Origin: an uncultured Bacillota bacterium
GTDB lineage: Bacteria; Bacillota; Dehalobacteriia; UBA4068; UBA4997
Assembly: GCA_948907985.1 (NCBI GenBank)
Contig: CAQWMM010000004.1
Span: 319 to 64,318 of the forward strand
DNA: 64,000 nt
Direction: 5' to 3'
Within the stretch, counting starts at the first letter, position 1. Each line of letters opens with the position of its first letter. Under the pieces are notes generated by a model that was given only the letters and a program-made list of their open reading frames with translations, ran no database searches and was not told the origin of the DNA. Made by a program: the position numbers and the translations under genes. This document shows, piece by piece, positions 59,095 through 64,000 of this stretch.

Positions 59095-60507
59095 ATGTTG
59101 GGCAATACGATTGCTGCAATCGCTACGCCGCCGGGCAATGGAGCCATTGGAATTATCAGAATCAGCGGTCCGGAGGCTTTGGCGGTGCTGCAAAAGATTT
59201 TTTGGCCGGCAGGCGCTTTGTCTGCCGGTCTTTTTAAACCGGAACCGCGCAAATTATATCTCGGGCAGATAAAAAATACCGACGGCAGTATCTTAGACCA
59301 GTCAATGGCGGTTTATATGCCGGCGCCTCATTCTTATACAGGCGAGGACGTGGCCGAACTGCAATGCCATGGCGGTTATTTGGTATGTCATGAAGTTCTG
59401 GCGGCGGTTTGCCGGGCCGGGGCGCAGCTGGCCGAACCGGGAGAGTTTAGCACGCGTGCTTTTATCAATGGTAAGCTTTCTTTGGACCAGGCGGAAGCCA
59501 TAATTGATATTATTGAGGCTAAAAGCGTCGAGGCCTTAAAAATATCAGAACGGCAGCTGGCCGGCAGTCTACAGCAACGGCTGGATAAATCAGCCGATGC
59601 GCTTTTGGATATTTTGGCGCAGTTGGAATTGGCGGTTGATTATCCGGAAGAAACCGATGATCAGGCTTTGCAGCGGCAAATTTTGCAGGAGCTGACCGCC
59701 GTACAGGCCGAAGTACAAAAATTGCTTAATCAGACTAAAAGCGGCCGCTATTTTCGTCAGGGTGCGCTAACGGCCATTGTCGGCCCCGCTAATGCCGGCA
59801 AGTCCACCTTATTGAACGCTCTGCTGCAAGTGGAACGCGCTATTGTAACCTCGCAGGCCGGTACCACCCGCGACACAGTGGAGGAATATTATTTGCTGGA
59901 CGGCTTGCCTCTGCGTCTTGTGGATACTGCCGGTATCAGAGAAACTGCCGATTTGGTGGAACAGGCCGGAATTGAGCGCAGCAAAAAGGCTCTGACTGAA
60001 GCGGATTTAGTATTACTGACTTTAGACGTTAGTCAGCCGACGAAAGATTTTTGGTTTGATTTGTTGCTTAACAGCGCCCAAAAGGAAAATAAACTGTTGG
60101 TATTGCTTAATAAAATAGATTTGTTGGCTGATAATCAGCTTTATGAGCAGCGTTTGGCCAAATTAACCGAAATTTGTAGAGAAAACGCCGTGCCCCTTTT
60201 GAAACTTTCGGCTAAAGATAATCAGGGTTTAGATGAGCTTAAACAGGCAATTAGCCGGATTTTGTTGGCCGGACAGCCAAACGGCGAACCGATGGCGGCG
60301 CTGTTGAACGACCGGCATAAGGCGGCGTTGTTGACGGCGCAGAATATTTTGGAAAGCGCCTTACAAAACGCGTCTTTGGGCTTTGACGCTGCTATGCTAA
60401 GTATTGATGTACAAATGGCCTGGCAAAGTCTGGCAGAAATAGGCGGCAAGGCTGCCTCCGAGGAAATTATTAACCGGGTTTTCGAGCGTTTTTGCCTGGG
60501 TAAATAA
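59095..60507 (+). CDS. mnmE: tRNA modification GTPase MnmE/TrmE
   Basis: 470 aa. G-domain motifs GPANAGKST and DTAGIRE are present. The C-terminus is CLGK. Confidence 0.9.
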   Translation: MLGNTIAAIATPPGNGAIGIIRISGPEALAVLQKIFWPAGALSAGLFKPEPRKLYLGQIKNTDGSILDQSMAVYMPAPHSYTGEDVAELQCHGGYLVCHEVLAAVCRAGAQLAEPGEFSTRAFINGKLSLDQAEAIIDIIEAKSVEALKISERQLAGSLQQRLDKSADALLDILAQLELAVDYPEETDDQALQRQILQELTAVQAEVQKLLNQTKSGRYFRQGALTAIVGPANAGKSTLLNALLQVERAIVTSQAGTTRDTVEEYYLLDGLPLRLVDTAGIRETADLVEQAGIERSKKALTEADLVLLTLDVSQPTKDFWFDLLLNSAQKENKLLVLLNKIDLLADNQLYEQRLAKLTEICRENAVPLLKLSAKDNQGLDELKQAISRILLAGQPNGEPMAALLNDRHKAALLTAQNILESALQNASLGFDAAMLSIDVQMAWQSLAEIGGKAASEEIINRVFERFCLGK

Positions 60508-60753
60508 AATTTAACTAAAAAGAGGTTTTATTTTTATCCAAAAAATTTATAAGCTTTATTTTACCGCCGCTTTCATTGAAAACGGCGGCCTTTGTTTTTG
60601 TCGCTTTTTTATAATAGACAATTTGTCGTTTTCGTAAGAAACTGTAAATTGTTATGCTTGCTATTTAATACATTCTATGATATAATTTTTCAAAAGGAGG
60701 GAATGGTGCAGTAATGATTCAGCTTGTTGCAATCGGAAAAGTATATTGCGCCA

Positions 60754-63714
60754 ATGCAAATGAAACAGCAAAATAAAATCTGGTATTCAGCTTTTTATGC
60801 AGTTATCATTCTGATTGCGGTTCTGTTGTTGTTTTTTTTCTATACAATGCAGAACAAAATACGTATTCAGGAACAAAACAGAATTTATGCTGAAGATTCG
60901 GCGCGCCAGACTGTTGAACGTATTGAAAGCGAGTTCAACAATGCTTTGCAGCGTATTCAAAACTGCGCTTATTTGGTCAGCAACGGCGGCGGCGTAGACG
61001 CTTGCGACGCCCAAATGCTGAAAGATATTGAAAGAAATTCCACTTTTGATAATATTCGTTTCACCAATGCCGACGGCCTGAACCTGGCTTCTGACGGCAA
61101 TACTAACGATAGCTCAGATCGCAGTTATTTCCGGCGCGGTATGAAAGGTGAAAGCGGTATGGAAACAGTGGCCGCCTCCAGAATCACCGGCCGGCCGATG
61201 ATGGTTTTTTTTGCGCCGGTATATAATGGCGCGGAAGTTGCAGGCATTTTTTTGGGGCTTTATTTCTCTGAGGATTATTTGCGGGAAATTTTATCAGCCA
61301 CTTATTTTGGCGAACCCGCTGACGTTTTTCTTTGTATGCCGGACGGTACGGTGATTGCCAGCTCGGATAATGACGCTTATGGTAATAATCTGTTTGGTTC
61401 TTTAACGCAAAATGGCGTTATTGATGCGCAAACAGCCGGCGAGGCTCAGGCTGCTTTTGTAAGCGGTAATGATGTGGCGCTTTTATGTGGCAGCGGCAGC
61501 CAAACGGACAATCTTTGCGTTATGCACCTTGACGATTATGATTATGTTCTTGTGCAGGCTTTTCCCAAAAATATCACGCAGGCGATGGTGAACCGGGCTA
61601 ACAGGGCAGGTATTATACTGGAAATATGTCTGCTGGTTTTGTTTGTTATTTATATTGTTTGTCTGTTGGTTAAAAGCAGAAAGCAGCGCAAAGTTCTGGA
61701 AAAGGAAAACAAATTAATCGGCGACGTGCTCCAGGGTGTGAATATTCTTTTTTCTTCCCGCTATCTGATTGTGGATTTGGATAAAGATCACTACTCCTAC
61801 ATGGCGGGGGTTAAGCCGCTGAATAACAGTATCCCTGAAGAAGGCGTATACAGCACGTTTATTCAGTTTCATTCGGCAGAAATTATTGGTGATGAAGACA
61901 AAGCGGCTTTTGCTAAATTTGCAGAAATAACGACTATTCGCGAAAATCTCCGCGATAAGGACTTGGATCTTTTGGAATGTCATGTTATGCGCGACGGCCA
62001 GGAAATTTGGGAACTTCTGCTGCTGGTCTGCTTGGAACGCCGGGAGAACCTGCCGGTTAGAGTTTTATTTGTTCGTCAGGATATTACCGGGCGGGTAAAA
62101 AAACGGCACGAACAAACCCAGGCTCTTCAGGACGCTTTAATGCAGGCGCAGCATGCTAACCAGGCTAAAACTACTTTTCTGTCCAATATGAGCCACGATA
62201 TCCGCACGCCGATGAACGCGATTATTGGCTTTGCTACTATTGCAGCCAGCCATATGGAGCGCACAGATCAGGTTCGGGATTGCCTGCAAAAAATTCTTTC
62301 TTCCAGCAATCATTTGCTGGGGCTGATTAATGATATTCTGGATATGAGCCGAATTGAAAGCGGTAAACTGCAAATTCATAATCAGGAATGTAATATTTCA
62401 GAATTGATGCACAATCTGGTGAATATTATCCAGCCGCAGGTTAAGGCCAAACAGATGGAAATGTTCATTGATACCTTTGAGGTGGTCAATGAGGATATTA
62501 TTGCCGATCCGCTGAAGTTAAATCAAATTTTTATTAATTTGATGGGTAACGCTGTTAAATATACGCCGGCCGGCGGCACTGTAACTTTCCGTATTATCCA
62601 GAATACCACCTTTAAGCACGGCTGGGGCGATTTTGTTTTTATTATTAAGGATAACGGTATCGGTATGTCGTCAGAATTTGTTAAACATATTTTTGAACCC
62701 TTTGAGCGTGAATCAACAGCTACCAGAAGCGGTATTCAGGGCGCGGGGCTGGGTATGCCGATCACCAAGAGTATTGTTGACCTTATGGGCGGCGAAATAT
62801 CTGTTGAAAGCGAGGTTGGCAAAGGCACGACAGTTACGGTGAAACTGCCCTTGCAGTTGCAGGATGTTGAAAAGGCTGCCGAGCAGATTAAAGAACTGGA
62901 GGGACTGCGTTCGCTGGTGGTTGATGATGACTTTAACGTTTGCGATAGCGTCAGCAAAATGCTTAAAAGTATTGGTTTGCGTTCAGAATGGACCACTTCC
63001 GGCCGGGAGGCGGTTTATCGTGCCAAATCGGCCTGCGAGGAGGGCGATCCATACCACACCTATATTATTGATTGGCAGATGCCGGAAACCAGCGGTTTGG
63101 AAACCGCCAAAAAAATTCGCAGTGTGGTTGGTGATGAAGCGCCGATTATCATTTTGACGGCTTATGATTGGACAGATATTGAAGAAGAGGCCAAAGAGGC
63201 CGGGGTTACGGCCTTTTGTGCCAAACCTCTGTTTATGTCGGATTTGAAAGCGGCCTTGCTGGCCGCCAACAATATTGGTAACGTTAACCCTGCCGATGCT
63301 GCCGAAGTTGTTTGGACGCAGGTTGATTACAGCGGTAAGCGTCTGCTTTTGGTTGAAGACAACGAACTTAATCGGGAGATTGCCGAGGTAATTCTGGAAG
63401 AGGCAGGTTTTGTAATTGAATCCGCTCCTGACGGAACCGACGCGGTAGATATGGTTGAAAAAGCTCCCGAGGGGTATTATGACGCAATATTGATGGACGT
63501 CCAAATGCCGATTATGAACGGCTATGAGGCAACAAAGGCCATTAGGTCAATGCACCGCAAGGATGTTAAAAATCTGCCGATCATTGCCATGACGGCTAAC
63601 GCCATGGAAGACGACAAGGAAAAGGCCTTGAAAAGCGGTATGAGCGCGCATATTGCCAAACCGCTTGATATTGATTTATTTATGAAAGTTCTGTATCAGT
63701 TTTTACATAAATAA
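60754..63714 (+). CDS. hybrid sensor histidine kinase/response regulator (periplasmic Cache-like sensor, HisKA, HATPase_c, two receiver domains)
   Basis: The H-box is LSNMSHDIRTPMNAI. N, G1 and G2 boxes are present. Two REC domains carry the conserved Asp (VVDDD..; LLVEDN..). The start is set at ATG 60754 because the listed ORF used a TTG. Confidence 0.8.
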   Translation: MQMKQQNKIWYSAFYAVIILIAVLLLFFFYTMQNKIRIQEQNRIYAEDSARQTVERIESEFNNALQRIQNCAYLVSNGGGVDACDAQMLKDIERNSTFDNIRFTNADGLNLASDGNTNDSSDRSYFRRGMKGESGMETVAASRITGRPMMVFFAPVYNGAEVAGIFLGLYFSEDYLREILSATYFGEPADVFLCMPDGTVIASSDNDAYGNNLFGSLTQNGVIDAQTAGEAQAAFVSGNDVALLCGSGSQTDNLCVMHLDDYDYVLVQAFPKNITQAMVNRANRAGIILEICLLVLFVIYIVCLLVKSRKQRKVLEKENKLIGDVLQGVNILFSSRYLIVDLDKDHYSYMAGVKPLNNSIPEEGVYSTFIQFHSAEIIGDEDKAAFAKFAEITTIRENLRDKDLDLLECHVMRDGQEIWELLLLVCLERRENLPVRVLFVRQDITGRVKKRHEQTQALQDALMQAQHANQAKTTFLSNMSHDIRTPMNAIIGFATIAASHMERTDQVRDCLQKILSSSNHLLGLINDILDMSRIESGKLQIHNQECNISELMHNLVNIIQPQVKAKQMEMFIDTFEVVNEDIIADPLKLNQIFINLMGNAVKYTPAGGTVTFRIIQNTTFKHGWGDFVFIIKDNGIGMSSEFVKHIFEPFERESTATRSGIQGAGLGMPITKSIVDLMGGEISVESEVGKGTTVTVKLPLQLQDVEKAAEQIKELEGLRSLVVDDDFNVCDSVSKMLKSIGLRSEWTTSGREAVYRAKSACEEGDPYHTYIIDWQMPETSGLETAKKIRSVVGDEAPIIILTAYDWTDIEEEAKEAGVTAFCAKPLFMSDLKAALLAANNIGNVNPADAAEVVWTQVDYSGKRLLLVEDNELNREIAEVILEEAGFVIESAPDGTDAVDMVEKAPEGYYDAILMDVQMPIMNGYEATKAIRSMHRKDVKNLPIIAMTANAMEDDKEKALKSGMSAHIAKPLDIDLFMKVLYQFLHK

Positions 63715-63730
63715 AACGTACTTTATAACA

Positions 63731-63763
63731 AAAAACCTGGGTTAGCAATCCAGGTTTTTTTAT
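63731..63763 (+). terminator. intrinsic terminator after the hybrid kinase gene
   Basis: The hairpin aaaaaacctgggttagcaatccaggtttttttatt. Confidence 0.6.
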
Positions 63764-63821
63764 TAAGCGAAGCAACAGCGACTCGTAGGAAGTCCAGCTG
63801 CTGGATGCGCCGCCGTTCACG

Positions 63822-64000
63822 TTAAAACGGCGGCGATTGTTTTTGCTGTTTCCAGGTTAGTCCGTCTTTCGAAGTCAGAGTAATTTTATCACCATCATGT
63901 GCTAGATGACCGGACATTGTCAGCGTATCGCCATTGTAACGAATCTCGTCAACGCAGAAATAATCACCTTTCTTTATCCTGGCTTTCACCTTACATTCAA
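63822..64000 (-). CDS. hypothetical protein, 3' fragment (continues beyond window)
   Basis: The minus-strand ORF is open to the window edge and ends ...DGLTWKQQKQSPPF*. No recognisable motif. Confidence 0.3.
   Translation of the reverse strand, partial: ECKVKARIKKGDYFCVDEIRYNGDTLTMSGHLAHDGDKITLTSKDGLTWKQQKQSPPF

Noticed and set aside
62983-63504. 173-aa minus-strand ORF inside the hybrid histidine kinase gene
   Set aside because: It is antisense to a gene with clear HisKA/HATPase/REC motifs and has no RBS.

Overview
This ~64 kb window is chromosomal DNA from a Gram-positive-type bacterium. The gene content fits Bacillota, possibly Negativicutes-like: one S-layer protein carries its SLH domains at the N-terminus, and a SCIFF/ranthipeptide operon is present. 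The window spans the replication origin. On the minus strand are dnaA-dnaN-yaaA-recF; on the plus strand are rpmH-rnpA-yidD-yidC-jag-mnmE. DnaA boxes lie upstream of dnaA and between dnaA and dnaN. The mnmG-rsmG-soj-spo0J block is displaced ~11-16 kb from mnmE onto the opposite strand and carries two near-consensus parS sites. Core genes include the F1Fo ATP synthase operon (atpIBEFHAGDC), topB, glmM, a tRNA Ser-Ser-Arg cluster with its own consensus promoter, sbcDC, an MntR/DtxR-type regulator, glnS, fabK-like, serS, ilvBN, murI and a hybrid histidine kinase. The window also holds a 2-hydroxyacyl-CoA-dehydratase-like protein with a double-activase fusion partner. Accessory content worth a second look: (1) three tandem cassettes (31.5-33.1 kb), each with a promoter, a 27-30 aa hydrophobic peptide ORF, a bidirectional terminator and a convergent consensus promoter, which matches Fst/par-like type I toxin-antitoxin architecture; (2) a SCIFF operon (an unlisted 45-aa precursor plus a radical-SAM/SPASM maturase) next to a divergent 104-aa Cys/Asn/Gly-rich membrane-anchored peptide; (3) a family of ~60-165 bp elements with terminal inverted repeats (MITE-like), four copies, one inside the atp operon and one inside the TA array; (4) a phased DnaA-box cluster outside oriC; (5) two paralogous SLH surface proteins with the anchoring module swapped between N- and C-terminus; (6) several small duplications and repeat motifs near the origin. 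No CRISPR array, prophage or integrase was seen.
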